Shown: one piece after another, positions 10,190 to 19,870 of the stretch
Layout: each line of letters starts with the position of its first letter
Numbering within the stretch: position 1 is the first letter of the stretch
Assembly: GCA_963775755.1 (NCBI GenBank)
Contig: CAVZKB010000015.1
Coordinates: forward strand, 14,380-78,379
Length of the DNA stretch: 64,000 bases
Direction of reading: 5' to 3'
Source: an uncultured Actinomycetes bacterium
GTDB taxonomy: Bacteria; Actinomycetota; UBA4738; HRBIN12
Notes under the pieces: model-generated
Database searches by the model: none
What the model was told of the DNA's origin: nothing
What the model saw: only the letters and a program-made list of their open reading frames with translations
Position numbers and translations under genes: made by a program

Positions 10190-10465
10190 ATGTACGGCTA
10201 CACGATGAACAAGAAGGACCTCCAGGACCGTCTCCGGCGCATCGAGGGACAGGTCCGCGGCCTGCAACGGATGGTCGAGGAGGACAAGTACTGCATCGAT
10301 ATCCTGACCCAGCTCAACTCCGCCAACGCGGCGCTCAAGGCGGTCGGCATGGGTCTGCTCGACGCGCACGTCCGACACTGTGTCCGCGAAAGCATCGAGC
10401 AGGGTCAGGGCGACGAGAAGGTCGAAGAGCTGATGGTGGCGGTGGGGCGTCTGGCCGGGAGGTGA
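10190..10465 (+). CDS. csoR: Copper-sensing transcriptional repressor CsoR
   Basis: CsoR/RcnR helical fold ([22 protein letters not shown]). Cu(I) ligand pattern C...H-x3-C (KYCIDIL ... HVRHC). ATG 10190 follows SD GAGGGGG; ATG 10205 is an alternative start. Confidence 0.9.
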   Translation: MYGYTMNKKDLQDRLRRIEGQVRGLQRMVEEDKYCIDILTQLNSANAALKAVGMGLLDAHVRHCVRESIEQGQGDEKVEELMVAVGRLAGR

Positions 10466-10485
10466 CCGGTCAGGGAGGGATCGAC

Positions 10486-12645
10486 ATGACGATCACGGCG
10501 AAGGAACCAGATATCGTCCTCGACATCGACGGGATGACGTGTGCCTCGTGCGTTCACAAGGTCGAGAAAGCGCTTGCGGGTGTCGACGACGTCGAAACGG
10601 CCACCGTGAACCTGGCGAATCGGACGGCGATCGTTCGCACGCAGGCGGCGACCGACATCGAACCGCTGATCCGCGCGGTTCAGCACGTCGGCTACGACGC
10701 GCATCAGCACTCCGGCGGCCGCCCCGCCGGGGACGAGGCGCGTGCGTACCTCCATCGGCTCATCGTCGCCATCGCGTTCTCGATCCCCGTACTGATCCTC
10801 AGTTTCGGTCTTCCCGAGGAGCGGTGGGCGATGTGGGCTTCATGGGCGCTGGCGACGCCGGTCGTGTTCTACGCGGGGTGGCCGTTCTTCCGGTCCGCCG
10901 CCCGAGCCGCCCGACACGGGACCACCACGATGGACACGCTCGTCGCGCTGGGCGCCGGGGCGGCCTACGGCTACAGCGGCTTCGTGACGGCGACGGGTGC
11001 CGATGGGCACTACTTCGACACCGCCGCCGTGATCGTGACGTTGATCCTCGTGGGTAAGACCCTCGAGGCGCGCGCGCGTTCGTCTGCCGGCGACGCGGCC
11101 CGGACGTTGCTCGAGCGGGGCGCCAAGGAGGCGACCGTCCTGGCCGACGGCGTCGAGCGACGCGTACCGATCGACGCGCTCCACCCGGGCAACGTCGTGG
11201 TCGTCTTGCCGGGGGAGAAGATCCCTGCCGACGGCGTCGTCAAGGAGGGCACGTCGTGGGTGGACCTCTCCATGCTCACCGGCGAGTCGGTGCCCGTGGA
11301 CGTGAGGGCAGGAAGCGAGGTCGTGGGCGCGTCGATCAACGGTCACGGCAGGCTGGTCGTGTTCGTCACGAAGGTTGGCGCGAACACCAAGCTCTCCGAG
11401 ATCGTTCGCCTCCTCGAATCTGCCCAGGGGTCCAAGGCGCCCGTCCAACGGCTCGCCGACCGCGTTTCCTCGATCTTCGTCCCGGTGGTGATGGTGACCG
11501 CCGTGGCCACGTTCGTGGGCTGGCTCGTGGCCGCGAACGCCGAGCCGGGAGCGGCGCTGTTGCACGCCGTGGCGGTCCTTTTGATCGCGTGCCCGTGCGC
11601 GCTCGGTCTTGCGACGCCCGCAGCCATCATGGCGGGGACCGGCCGTGCGGCCGAGCTCGGCATCATGTTCAAGGGAGGCGAGGTCTTCGAGACGGCCCAC
11701 GCGGCCGACGTCGTCCTGCTGGACAAGACCGGCACGGTGACCGAGGGCGCGATGCATCTGACCGACGTCGTCCCGCTGGGGGGCTTCACGACCGATGAGG
11801 TGCTGGCCGCGGCAGCGGCCGCGGAGTCCGGCTCGGAGCACCCGCTCGCGCACGCCGTCGTCGAGGGCGCTCGCGAGCGAGGCGTCGACATCCCTGCGGC
11901 GACCGGCCACGCGATCGAGCCCGGCGCCGGCGCCTCCGCCGTGGTCGACGGTCATGCGGTCTCGGTGGGACGGCCCGACCGCCTGCCCGAAGCGCTCGAT
12001 GAAGAGGTGGATCGGTTGTCCGCCCAGGGGCTGACCGCGTTCCTCGTCAGGCGCGACGGGGACGTGATGGGGCTCGTGGCCGTCTCCGACCGCGTGAGGC
12101 CCGAGGCCGCCGCGACCGTGGGCCGGTTGCGGAGCATGGGCCTGGACGTCGCCATGGTGAGCGGCGACCGCCGAACGACGGCCCAGGCCATCGCCTCTTC
12201 GGCCGGCATCGAACGGGTGCTCGCCGACGTCTTCCCCGAAGGGAAGGTCGACGAGGTGGTGCACCTTCAAGCCGAGGGACGCCGGGTGGTGTTCGTCGGC
12301 GATGGCATCAACGACGCGCCCGCGCTCGCACAGGCCGACGTCGGCATCGCCGTCGGCACGGGCACGGATGTGGCCATCGAGGCTGCCGACGTCACGCTCC
12401 TCGGCGGTGGAGTGGCCGGCATCGCCGACGCGGTCGAGCTGGCCCGGCGAACGTACCGGGTGATCGAACAGAACCTCTTCTGGGCGTTCGCCTACAACGT
12501 CGTGATGATCCCGCTGGCCGTCTTCGGGGTCCTGACGCCGATGTGGGCCGCCGGCGCCATGGCGGCGTCGAGCGTAAGCGTGGTGGCGAACGCGCTGCGG
12601 CTTCGACGTTTCCACCGGTCGTCCCGTACGCTGGAGAGCACATGA
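10486..12645 (+). CDS. copA: Copper-translocating P1B-type ATPase
   Basis: N-terminal HMA domain GMTCASCV, membrane CPC motif ([11 protein letters not shown]), DKTGT phosphorylation site, GDGINDAP hinge. ATG 10486 follows SD GGGAGGG. Confidence 0.95.
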   Translation: MTITAKEPDIVLDIDGMTCASCVHKVEKALAGVDDVETATVNLANRTAIVRTQAATDIEPLIRAVQHVGYDAHQHSGGRPAGDEARAYLHRLIVAIAFSIPVLILSFGLPEERWAMWASWALATPVVFYAGWPFFRSAARAARHGTTTMDTLVALGAGAAYGYSGFVTATGADGHYFDTAAVIVTLILVGKTLEARARSSAGDAARTLLERGAKEATVLADGVERRVPIDALHPGNVVVVLPGEKIPADGVVKEGTSWVDLSMLTGESVPVDVRAGSEVVGASINGHGRLVVFVTKVGANTKLSEIVRLLESAQGSKAPVQRLADRVSSIFVPVVMVTAVATFVGWLVAANAEPGAALLHAVAVLLIACPCALGLATPAAIMAGTGRAAELGIMFKGGEVFETAHAADVVLLDKTGTVTEGAMHLTDVVPLGGFTTDEVLAAAAAAESGSEHPLAHAVVEGARERGVDIPAATGHAIEPGAGASAVVDGHAVSVGRPDRLPEALDEEVDRLSAQGLTAFLVRRDGDVMGLVAVSDRVRPEAAATVGRLRSMGLDVAMVSGDRRTTAQAIASSAGIERVLADVFPEGKVDEVVHLQAEGRRVVFVGDGINDAPALAQADVGIAVGTGTDVAIEAADVTLLGGGVAGIADAVELARRTYRVIEQNLFWAFAYNVVMIPLAVFGVLTPMWAAGAMAASSVSVVANALRLRRFHRSSRTLEST

Positions 12646-13445
12646 GCGTGACCACTCCGAACGTCGTCGAGGTCACGGACGCGGACTTCGAGCGACTCGT
12701 CATCGAGGGGTCGAAGACGCGCCCGGTGGTCGTCGACCTCTGGGCCGCATGGTGCGGGCCGTGCCGGACCCTCGGTCCGATCCTCGAGAAGGTGGCCGAC
12801 GAGCGCAAGGGCGCGTTCCTGCTCGCCAAGCTCGACGTGGACGCGAACCAGGTCGGCAACGCGTTGCTCCAGGCGGTCAAGAGTCAAGGGATCCCGACGG
12901 TCGTGGCCTTCCGTGACGGCCAACCGGTGAGCATGTTCATCGGCGCCTATCCGGAGCAGGAGGTCAACTCGTTCGTCGACCAACTCCTGCCGACCGAAGC
13001 GGAGCTCGTCGCCGAGGAGGCGGTCGTCGAGGAGGCCTCGGGAGACATCGAGGCCGCCGAGCACGGCTACCGCGAGGCGCTCGAGAAGGATCCCGCGAAC
13101 CGCGACGCGGGGATCGGCCTGGGACGCATCCTCGCGGAGCGCGGCGACCTCGAAGAGGCTCTGTCGACCGTCACGCCGTTCCTTCCCGATCCGGATGCGG
13201 AGCGCGTCCTGTCGACCGTTCGGCTCAAAGGCTGGGGTGATCTGAAGGACGTCGGCACGCTCGCGTCCGCGAAACGGCTGGCCGCTGCGGGCCGATGGCG
13301 AGAGGCGCTCGACGCCATGTTGGGTTCGCTCATGGACGATCGGGACGAAGCCACCGCGGCCATGCGGGACGTCTTCGCGGTCCTGGGTGATGACGACCCG
13401 CTGGTGCCCGAGTTCCGACGCAGGCTCTCGAACGCCCTGTTCTGA
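12642..13445 (+). CDS. Thioredoxin-domain protein with C-terminal TPR-like domain (YbbN/CnoX-like)
   Basis: Active site WAAWCGPC followed by a helical repeat region. ATG overlaps the copA stop (ATGA at 12642-12645). Confidence 0.85.
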   Translation: MSVTTPNVVEVTDADFERLVIEGSKTRPVVVDLWAAWCGPCRTLGPILEKVADERKGAFLLAKLDVDANQVGNALLQAVKSQGIPTVVAFRDGQPVSMFIGAYPEQEVNSFVDQLLPTEAELVAEEAVVEEASGDIEAAEHGYREALEKDPANRDAGIGLGRILAERGDLEEALSTVTPFLPDPDAERVLSTVRLKGWGDLKDVGTLASAKRLAAAGRWREALDAMLGSLMDDRDEATAAMRDVFAVLGDDDPLVPEFRRRLSNALF

Positions 13446-13461
13446 GCGGAGGAAGACGAAC

Positions 13462-14205
13462 ATGGCCGACGTACACGATCAGATCCGCGACTTCTGGGAT
13501 CGCGATTCCCACACCTACGACGACTCGGCCTCGCATTCCATCTCCGATCCGCTCGAGGCCGCCGCGTGGCGTGCCGCGCTGCGCCGAGCCCTGCCGGACC
13601 CGGGTGCGAAGGTGCTCGATGCCGGCGCCGGCACGGGCGCGCTCAGCCTGCTCGCGGCGGAGCTCGGATACGTCGTCACCGCCCTGGATCTGTCGGAGGG
13701 CATGCTCTCGAAGGCGCGCGAGAAGGCGGAGGCGGACGGCGTCGAGCTGACGTTCGTGGTCGGGCCGGCCGCGGAGCCGCCGCCCGGACCGTTCGACGCG
13801 ATCATGGAACGCCACGTCGCCTGGACGATGCCCGACCCGGTGAAGGTGTTCCGCGCGTGGCGCGACGTGACGGTCCCCGGTGGACGGCTCGTCTTGTTCG
13901 AAGGGGTCTGGGGCGCGGACACGTTGGCGCAACAGGTGAAGGATGGCGTCGCGGAAGCGCTGCGGCGCGTCCTCGGCGTACAGGATCACCACCACGCTCC
14001 GTATCCGCAGGACGTGCTCTCCCAGCTGCCGCTCGCGCAGATGACGTCGCCCAGACCGCTGATCGACATGGTGCGCGATGCGGGATGGAGCGGCCTGCGC
14101 ATCCAACGACTCCGCGATGTGGAATGGGCCGCGCAGCAGCATGAACGGAAGCCGCTCGGGTGGTTGGAGCAGCGCCCGCGCTACGCGTTGGTCGCCGACG
14201 CCTGA
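13462..14205 (+). CDS. Class I SAM-dependent methyltransferase
   Basis: SAM-binding motif I VLDAGAGTGALS and acidic motif II (VTALDLS). ATG 13462 follows GGAGGAAG. Confidence 0.8.
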   Translation: MADVHDQIRDFWDRDSHTYDDSASHSISDPLEAAAWRAALRRALPDPGAKVLDAGAGTGALSLLAAELGYVVTALDLSEGMLSKAREKAEADGVELTFVVGPAAEPPPGPFDAIMERHVAWTMPDPVKVFRAWRDVTVPGGRLVLFEGVWGADTLAQQVKDGVAEALRRVLGVQDHHHAPYPQDVLSQLPLAQMTSPRPLIDMVRDAGWSGLRIQRLRDVEWAAQQHERKPLGWLEQRPRYALVADA

Positions 14206-14894
14206 GCGGGAACGAACATGCCGGCCGCCTTGGCGGGCGTCGCCGAGAGATCCAACCCGAACACGTCTGCCAGGTGTCGTTCGACGATCGGACGCATCTC
14301 CCGGACCGATACGTGGCGACCCGCGAGCTCGCTCAGCGAGGTGACGCCGTGGTCCGGCAACCCGCACGCGACGATCCCGCCGAACCACGAGAGATCCGTG
14401 TCACAGTTGACCGCGAAGCCGTGGAGCGTTACGCGGGCTCGCATGAGCCGAACGCCGATCGCGCACACCTTCCGCTCACCGCACCATACGCCGGTCTGGA
14501 TGTCCGGCCGCCGCTCCAGCTCGACACCGATGTCGGCCGCCGAGCGGATCACGACCTCTTCCATCCGTCGCAGGTGTGCGGCCGCATCCGGCGTCGCGCC
14601 TAGGTCGAGGATCGGGTAGCCGACCATCTGGCCCGGACCGTGGAACGTGAACGATCCGCCGCGGTCGATCCGGTGGACCTCCGCGTCGCGCGCGGCGATG
14701 TCCTCGGGCGACCACAGCAACTCCTCCGGTCGTGCGCGCCGACCCGCAGTGAACACCGGGGTGTGCTCGAGCAGGATGACGGTATCCGGGATCTCGTTCG
14801 CCAGCCGACGTTCGGCGAGCGAATGCATCACCTCGTTCGCCGGCCCATAGGGCACCGGACCGCTCGGCTCGATGAGCCATGCGCGTCGAGTCAC
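14181..14894 (-). CDS. lipB: Octanoyltransferase (lipoyl(octanoyl) transferase)
   Basis: LipB blocks ILLEHTPVFTAGRR, RGGSFTFHGPGQMVGYPI, KVCAIGVR and HGFAVN. A probable GTG start at 14894 overlaps the E2 stop; the longest ORF extends to 14996. Confidence 0.9.
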   Translation of the reverse strand: MTRRAWLIEPSGPVPYGPANEVMHSLAERRLANEIPDTVILLEHTPVFTAGRRARPEELLWSPEDIAARDAEVHRIDRGGSFTFHGPGQMVGYPILDLGATPDAAAHLRRMEEVVIRSAADIGVELERRPDIQTGVWCGERKVCAIGVRLMRARVTLHGFAVNCDTDLSWFGGIVACGLPDHGVTSLSELAGRHVSVREMRPIVERHLADVFGLDLSATPAKAAGMFVPAQASATNA

Positions 14895-16274
14895 TACAGA
14901 CCGAGGTCCTCGGCCCAGTCCCACGTCTCCAGGTTCTCCTTCACCCGGGCGAGGAACTGCGAGGCGAGCGCCCCGTCGATCACTCGGTGGTCCCACGCCA
15001 GCGAGATGTAGACCATGTGGCGGATCGCGATGGCGTCGTCGATCACGACGGGCCGCTTCTCGATCGCGTCGAACGCGAGGATCGCGGTGTTCGGCGTGTT
15101 GATGATCGGGACCGAGAGGATCGAGCCGAACGGGCCTGGATTGGTGATCGCGAACGTTGCGCCTTGGACCTCATCGGGCTGCAGCTTCTTGCTGCGTGCG
15201 CGCGTCGCCAGGTCGTTGATCGAGCGCGCCACGCCCACCAGGTTCATGGTGTCGGCACCCTTCACCACCGGAACGATCAGTCCTTCCTGATACGAGACGG
15301 CGATGCCCATGTTCACGTAGTGGCGGACGACGATGTCCTCGCCGCGGAGCTCGCTGTTCACCATGGGATAGGTGAGGAGCGCCTCTGTCGCGGCGCGGGT
15401 CACGAACGGTGTGTACGTCAGGCCGAATCCCTCGCGAGCGGCGAACGCCTCTTTGACCCGTTGGCGCGTGCGCACGACGTGCTCCATGTTGATCTCGACC
15501 ATGTTCCATGCGCGAGCCGTCGTGTGCAGCGAGTCCACCATGTGCCCGGCGATCGCCTTGCGGATGTGCGTCATCGGCAAGACCTCTTCGCCCGAGCCCG
15601 CCACGGCGACCCCGGGTGCCGGAACGCTCCGCAGCGCGGGTGCGGCTCCCGTCGACGCGGGAACAACGGCCGCGGGAGCGGTGGGAGCTGCCGGCGCCGG
15701 CGTGCCCCCCGCAGCGCTGACGGCGTCCATCACGTCCTTCTTCGTGATCCTGCCCCCGGTTCCGGTTCCTCGGACCCGCGAGAGGTCCAGGCGATGCTCA
15801 TCGGCCAGCTTGCGCACGAGCGGCGAAAGGATCTGCGACCGAGGTCCTCTGTCCGGCAACGAAGCCGCAGGCGCTGCTGCAGCGACGGGCGCCGCAGTTG
15901 CGGGAGCCGCAGGGGCGGCGGCAGAGGCGGACCCTGGAGCCGAGGCGCCGACCGCGCTCAGCGGCCACCGACCCTTGCGCCGCGGCGGAACGGTCCGCCG
16001 GCGCCGACGCCCCGGAGGCGTCCCCGCCGCTCGCTCCGTCGCCCGAGTCGACCTCGGCGAGCGCCGTCCCGACGGCGACGGTCGTCCCCTCCGGGACGAG
16101 GATCTTCGTGATGACCCCGGCGACGGAGGACGGCACCTCGGTGTCGACCTTGTCCGTCGACAACTCGAAGAGCGGCTCGTCCACCTCGATGCGCTCGCCC
16201 TCCTGCTTCAACCACTTCAAGATCGTGCCCTCGACGATCGTCTCGCCGAGCTGGGGCATCTGAACCGACGTCAC
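14894..16274 (-). pseudogene. Dihydrolipoamide acyltransferase (E2) with reading frame broken by a +1 shift in the Ala/Pro linker (as sequenced)
   Basis: The lipoyl domain ([13 protein letters not shown]) is in the frame ending at 16274. The E3-binding domain ([17 protein letters not shown]) and catalytic domain (DHRVIDG) are in the frame of ORF 14894-15859. The frames meet near 15955-15962. Confidence 0.85.
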
Positions 16275-16292
16275 GTCATCGCCTCCCGAGAC

Positions 16293-17339
16293 TCACCATG
16301 CGGAGAGGCGATCGACCGCCGCCTCGATATCGGACACCTGTGGGATGAACGCGTCCTCGAGGGGAGGCGAGAACGGCACCGGCACGCTCGGCGGCGCGAG
16401 CCGCATCACGGGGGCGTCCAGATGCTCGAACGCCCGCTCCGCGATCATCGCCGCCACCTCGGCCCCCACTCCCAGGAACCGGTACGACTCGTGGAGGATC
16501 AGCGCGCGCGACGTCTTCTCGATCGAGCGCAGCACGGTTTCCTCGTCGAGCGGGACGATGGATCGTAGGTCGACGACCTCGACCTCGATCCCCCTGGCCG
16601 CCAGGTTCTCGGCGGCTTCGAGCGCCCGATGCACCATGGCCCCGTACGCCACCACCGTGACGTCGGTCCCCTCTCGCTTCACGTCCGCCGTGCCCAGCGG
16701 GATGAGGAACTCCGGATCCTCCGACACCGCTTCCTTGATCCGTCGGTAGATCCACTTGTGCTCCAGGTACACCACCGGGTTGTCGTCGCGGATCGCCGAC
16801 TTCAGCAGCCCTTTCGCATCGGAGGGGAACGCGGGGCAGATGACCTTGAGTCCCGGCTGGTGTGCGTACCACGGCTCGGGGTTCGTCGAGTGGAAGTTCG
16901 ACGCGCGGACGCCACCCCCCGAGGGCGCGCGGAGTACGACCGGCAACGGCACGCCGCTGCGGTAGTGGTAGCGCGCGAGCGTCGTCGTGATCTCGTCGAA
17001 GCCCGACGTCATGAAGTCCGCGTACTGGAACTCGGCCACGGGCCGCAGACCCTCCATCGCGGAGCCGATCGCCGTGCCGACGATGGTTTCTTCGGCGATC
17101 GGCGTGTCTATGACGCGGTCCGATCCGAAATGCTCGATGAACCCTTCGGTCACCTTGAACGCTCCACCGTAGGCCCCGATGTCTTCGCCGAGCATGTAGA
17201 CACGCTCGTCGCGCTCCATCTCTTCCCAGAGCGCCTCGGCGATGGCGATCAGATACGTAGCGCTGCCGTCCTCTCCCCTCTTCCCGCGCGGCTCCGCGCC
17301 GTGTCCGGCGGCGCCCGCGTCGACCTGCTTCGTCGCCAT
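16293..17339 (-). CDS. 2-oxoacid dehydrogenase E1 component, beta subunit (copy 2)
   Basis: 348 aa paralogue of 7808-8797 (VYMLGEDIG, DTPIAEETIVG, RAPSGGG). ATGA overlap with the E1 alpha stop. Confidence 0.9.
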   Translation of the reverse strand: MATKQVDAGAAGHGAEPRGKRGEDGSATYLIAIAEALWEEMERDERVYMLGEDIGAYGGAFKVTEGFIEHFGSDRVIDTPIAEETIVGTAIGSAMEGLRPVAEFQYADFMTSGFDEITTTLARYHYRSGVPLPVVLRAPSGGGVRASNFHSTNPEPWYAHQPGLKVICPAFPSDAKGLLKSAIRDDNPVVYLEHKWIYRRIKEAVSEDPEFLIPLGTADVKREGTDVTVVAYGAMVHRALEAAENLAARGIEVEVVDLRSIVPLDEETVLRSIEKTSRALILHESYRFLGVGAEVAAMIAERAFEHLDAPVMRLAPPSVPVPFSPPLEDAFIPQVSDIEAAVDRLSAW

Positions 17340-18394
17340 CAGCTCTCCGTCCCGCCGCCGCGCCCAGGTTCGCTCGTCCAGTAGCCGTCCTCGACCCAGA
17401 GGCCCTTCGTCACGTCACCGGCCTCGGGGAACGGCGACGCCTGCGCGAACTCGTACCCCTCGTCGAAGGCCTTCTCTACTCGCTCCTGGACCTCGCCGAT
17501 GTCCTCTTTGGTGACCACGCCCTCCGAGAGGAGGTACTCCTCGAAGTTCCTCACCGGATCCTTTTCGGCCATGTATCGCTGGAGCAGCTCATCCGGCACG
17601 TACTTGGCCGGGTCGTGGCCGGCGTGACCGCGCCACCGGAGCGAGACGGATTCGATCAGCGAGGGGCCGCCGCCCTCTCGCGCGCGTTCGACCGCCTCGA
17701 GCGCCGCCTCGAACACCTCGAGCACGTCGCCACCGTCGACACGGATGCCCGGCATGCCGTACCCGACCGACCGCTCGGCGATGGTCGGCACGTGGAACTC
17801 GAGCGGGTTCGGCGTTGAGTAGGCGTACTGGTTGTTGTTCACGACCCAGACGACGGGCAGCTGATGGACCGCGGACCAGTTCAGCGCCTCGTGCCAGCGA
17901 CCGTTCGAGGTCGATCCGTCTCCACAGATCGCCATGGCGACGCGACGCTCGCCCTTGCGCTTGTACGCGAGTGCGGCGCCGCACGCGACCGGGTACGCGA
18001 TGGGGAGATGTGAGATGACCGTGAACGTCCGGTGGCCGTCCCAGTCGCCGATGTGACTGTTGCCGTCGCGTCCACGCGTGTAGCCGTCGATCCGCCCCCA
18101 GAATTGCGCCATCACCCGCTTGAGATCGAGGCCTTTGGTGAGTTGGGCGGAGAGGTCACGATGCGTCGGGAAGAGCGAGTCGTCCTTCTGCAAGGCGAAC
18201 GCGACGCCGACGTGGGTTCCCTCCTGCCCGCGCCCGGAGTAGATGGCTCCCGGGAGGCGGCCCTGCCGGTACAAGGCCTCCATACGCTCGTCGAAGTACC
18301 GGCAGAGCTTCAGGAGGTAGAGCATGTCCTTCAGCCGATCGTCCGGCAGGGGACGACCGCTGGGAACGGTCTTCGTGTCGGCCTTCGTCGCCAC
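17339..18394 (-). CDS. 2-oxoacid dehydrogenase E1 component, alpha subunit (copy 2)
   Basis: 351 aa. TPP block ICGDGSTSNGRWHEALNWSAVHQLPVVWVVNNNQYAYS. GTG start. Confidence 0.9.
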   Translation of the reverse strand: MATKADTKTVPSGRPLPDDRLKDMLYLLKLCRYFDERMEALYRQGRLPGAIYSGRGQEGTHVGVAFALQKDDSLFPTHRDLSAQLTKGLDLKRVMAQFWGRIDGYTRGRDGNSHIGDWDGHRTFTVISHLPIAYPVACGAALAYKRKGERRVAMAICGDGSTSNGRWHEALNWSAVHQLPVVWVVNNNQYAYSTPNPLEFHVPTIAERSVGYGMPGIRVDGGDVLEVFEAALEAVERAREGGGPSLIESVSLRWRGHAGHDPAKYVPDELLQRYMAEKDPVRNFEEYLLSEGVVTKEDIGEVQERVEKAFDEGYEFAQASPFPEAGDVTKGLWVEDGYWTSEPGRGGGTES

Positions 18395-18406
18395 GCGTCT
18401 CCTTCG

Positions 18407-19792
18407 CTATGGGGAGTGGAGGGGCTTGCCGGCCAGCGCGAGGTGCGCCTCACCGATGGCCTCGGACAGTGTCGGGTGCGGGTGCATCAGGGCGGCGACC
18501 TCGTCCACAACGGCCTCCCAGTTCGTGATGAGCATGGCTTCGGAGATCAGGTCGGTCACATGCGGGCCGATCATGTGGATGCCGAGGACCGGCCCGCCGT
18601 CGGCCTCCGCGACGACCTTCACGATGCCCCCCTCGCCGAGGATGTTCGCCTTACCGATGGCGCGGAAGTCGAGCTTCTCGGTGACGACGCGATGGCCGCG
18701 TTCCACGGCCTGCGCCTCGGTCAAACCGACAGATGCGATCTCCGGCGAGGAATACGTGACCCGCGGGATGTTGACGTAGTCGATCTCGGGGACGTCGATG
18801 CCGGCGATGCGCTCGGCGACCGCGTACCCCTCCGTGAACGAGACGTGCGCGAGCTGCAACGGCGTGGCGGCCACATCACCGACCGCCCAGACGTGCTCGA
18901 CGTTCGTACGGAGCTGTGCGTCGACGTTCACGAAGCCCTTCTCGTGCATCGAAACCCCCGCCGCGTCCAGCCCGAGCCCGTCCGTGACGGGCCCACGACC
19001 CACGGCCACCAGGCAGATGCCGGCGCTCACCGTCTTCTCACCTCCGGCGTCGTACGTCACCTCGACGTGGTCTCCGGCGTCGGCGACCTGCCTGACAGTT
19101 GCTCCTGCGGCGTTCGTGATGCCTCGCTTGCGGAACGCTCTCGCGACCTCCTTCGAGATCTCTTCGTCTTCGAGGGGCGCCAGAAGGGGGAGCGCCTCGA
19201 TCAGCGTCACGTCCGCGCCGAACGACCGGTACATCGACGCGAACTCGAGTCCCACGGCACCGGCACCGATCACGACCGCCGAGGAGGGGATCGTGTCGTA
19301 CCAGAGCGCCTGGTCGCTGGTGATGATGCGCTGGCCGATCTCGATGCCCGGTAGGAGCTTCGGACTCGATCCCGAGGCGATGATGACGTCGCCGGCATCC
19401 AGACGCCGCCCGTCGACCTCGACCACGGGACCGGCGACGAGCGTCGCAGTGCCGTGGATCACGTCGATCTTCCGAGCCTTCATCAGCCCGGTGACGCCCT
19501 TGACCAGCTTGTCGACGATCGCGTCCTCGAACGCCTTCACCGCGGACCAGTCGGGCTCCCCGGACGCTTTGATGCCCCACTCGGACGACCGGTTCACGGT
19601 GTCCATGACCGATGCCGATCGCAGCAAGGCTTTCGTCGGGATGCACCCTCTGAGCAGACACGTGCCGCCGATGCGGTCGTCCCGTTCGACGACGGCGACA
19701 TGCTTGCCGAGCTGCGCGGCCCGGAGCGCGGCGGAGTATCCGCCCGTCCCAGCGCCGATCACCACTACGTCATAGCCGTCACCCATCCGCAC
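18407..19792 (-). CDS. lpdA: Dihydrolipoyl dehydrogenase (E3)
   Basis: 461 aa. FAD motif GAGTGGY, redox disulfide GGTCLLRGCIPTK, NAD motif GAGAVGLE, C-terminal HPHPTLSE. Confidence 0.95.
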   Translation of the reverse strand: MRMGDGYDVVVIGAGTGGYSAALRAAQLGKHVAVVERDDRIGGTCLLRGCIPTKALLRSASVMDTVNRSSEWGIKASGEPDWSAVKAFEDAIVDKLVKGVTGLMKARKIDVIHGTATLVAGPVVEVDGRRLDAGDVIIASGSSPKLLPGIEIGQRIITSDQALWYDTIPSSAVVIGAGAVGLEFASMYRSFGADVTLIEALPLLAPLEDEEISKEVARAFRKRGITNAAGATVRQVADAGDHVEVTYDAGGEKTVSAGICLVAVGRGPVTDGLGLDAAGVSMHEKGFVNVDAQLRTNVEHVWAVGDVAATPLQLAHVSFTEGYAVAERIAGIDVPEIDYVNIPRVTYSSPEIASVGLTEAQAVERGHRVVTEKLDFRAIGKANILGEGGIVKVVAEADGGPVLGIHMIGPHVTDLISEAMLITNWEAVVDEVAALMHPHPTLSEAIGEAHLALAGKPLHSP

Positions 19793-19870
19793 GAAAGTCT
19801 ACCGTCCCTGTCGGAACCGACCTCCGCTGCGACCAGCGGCGACCTGGTTGTCGCCGTACGATGCCGCGAG

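Noticed and set aside
19793-19870. Possible glycine riboswitch upstream of gcvT.
   Set aside because: Only 78 nt are available, and the conserved glycine-aptamer core is not present. A TACGAT box 8 nt before the ATG indicates a leaderless transcript.
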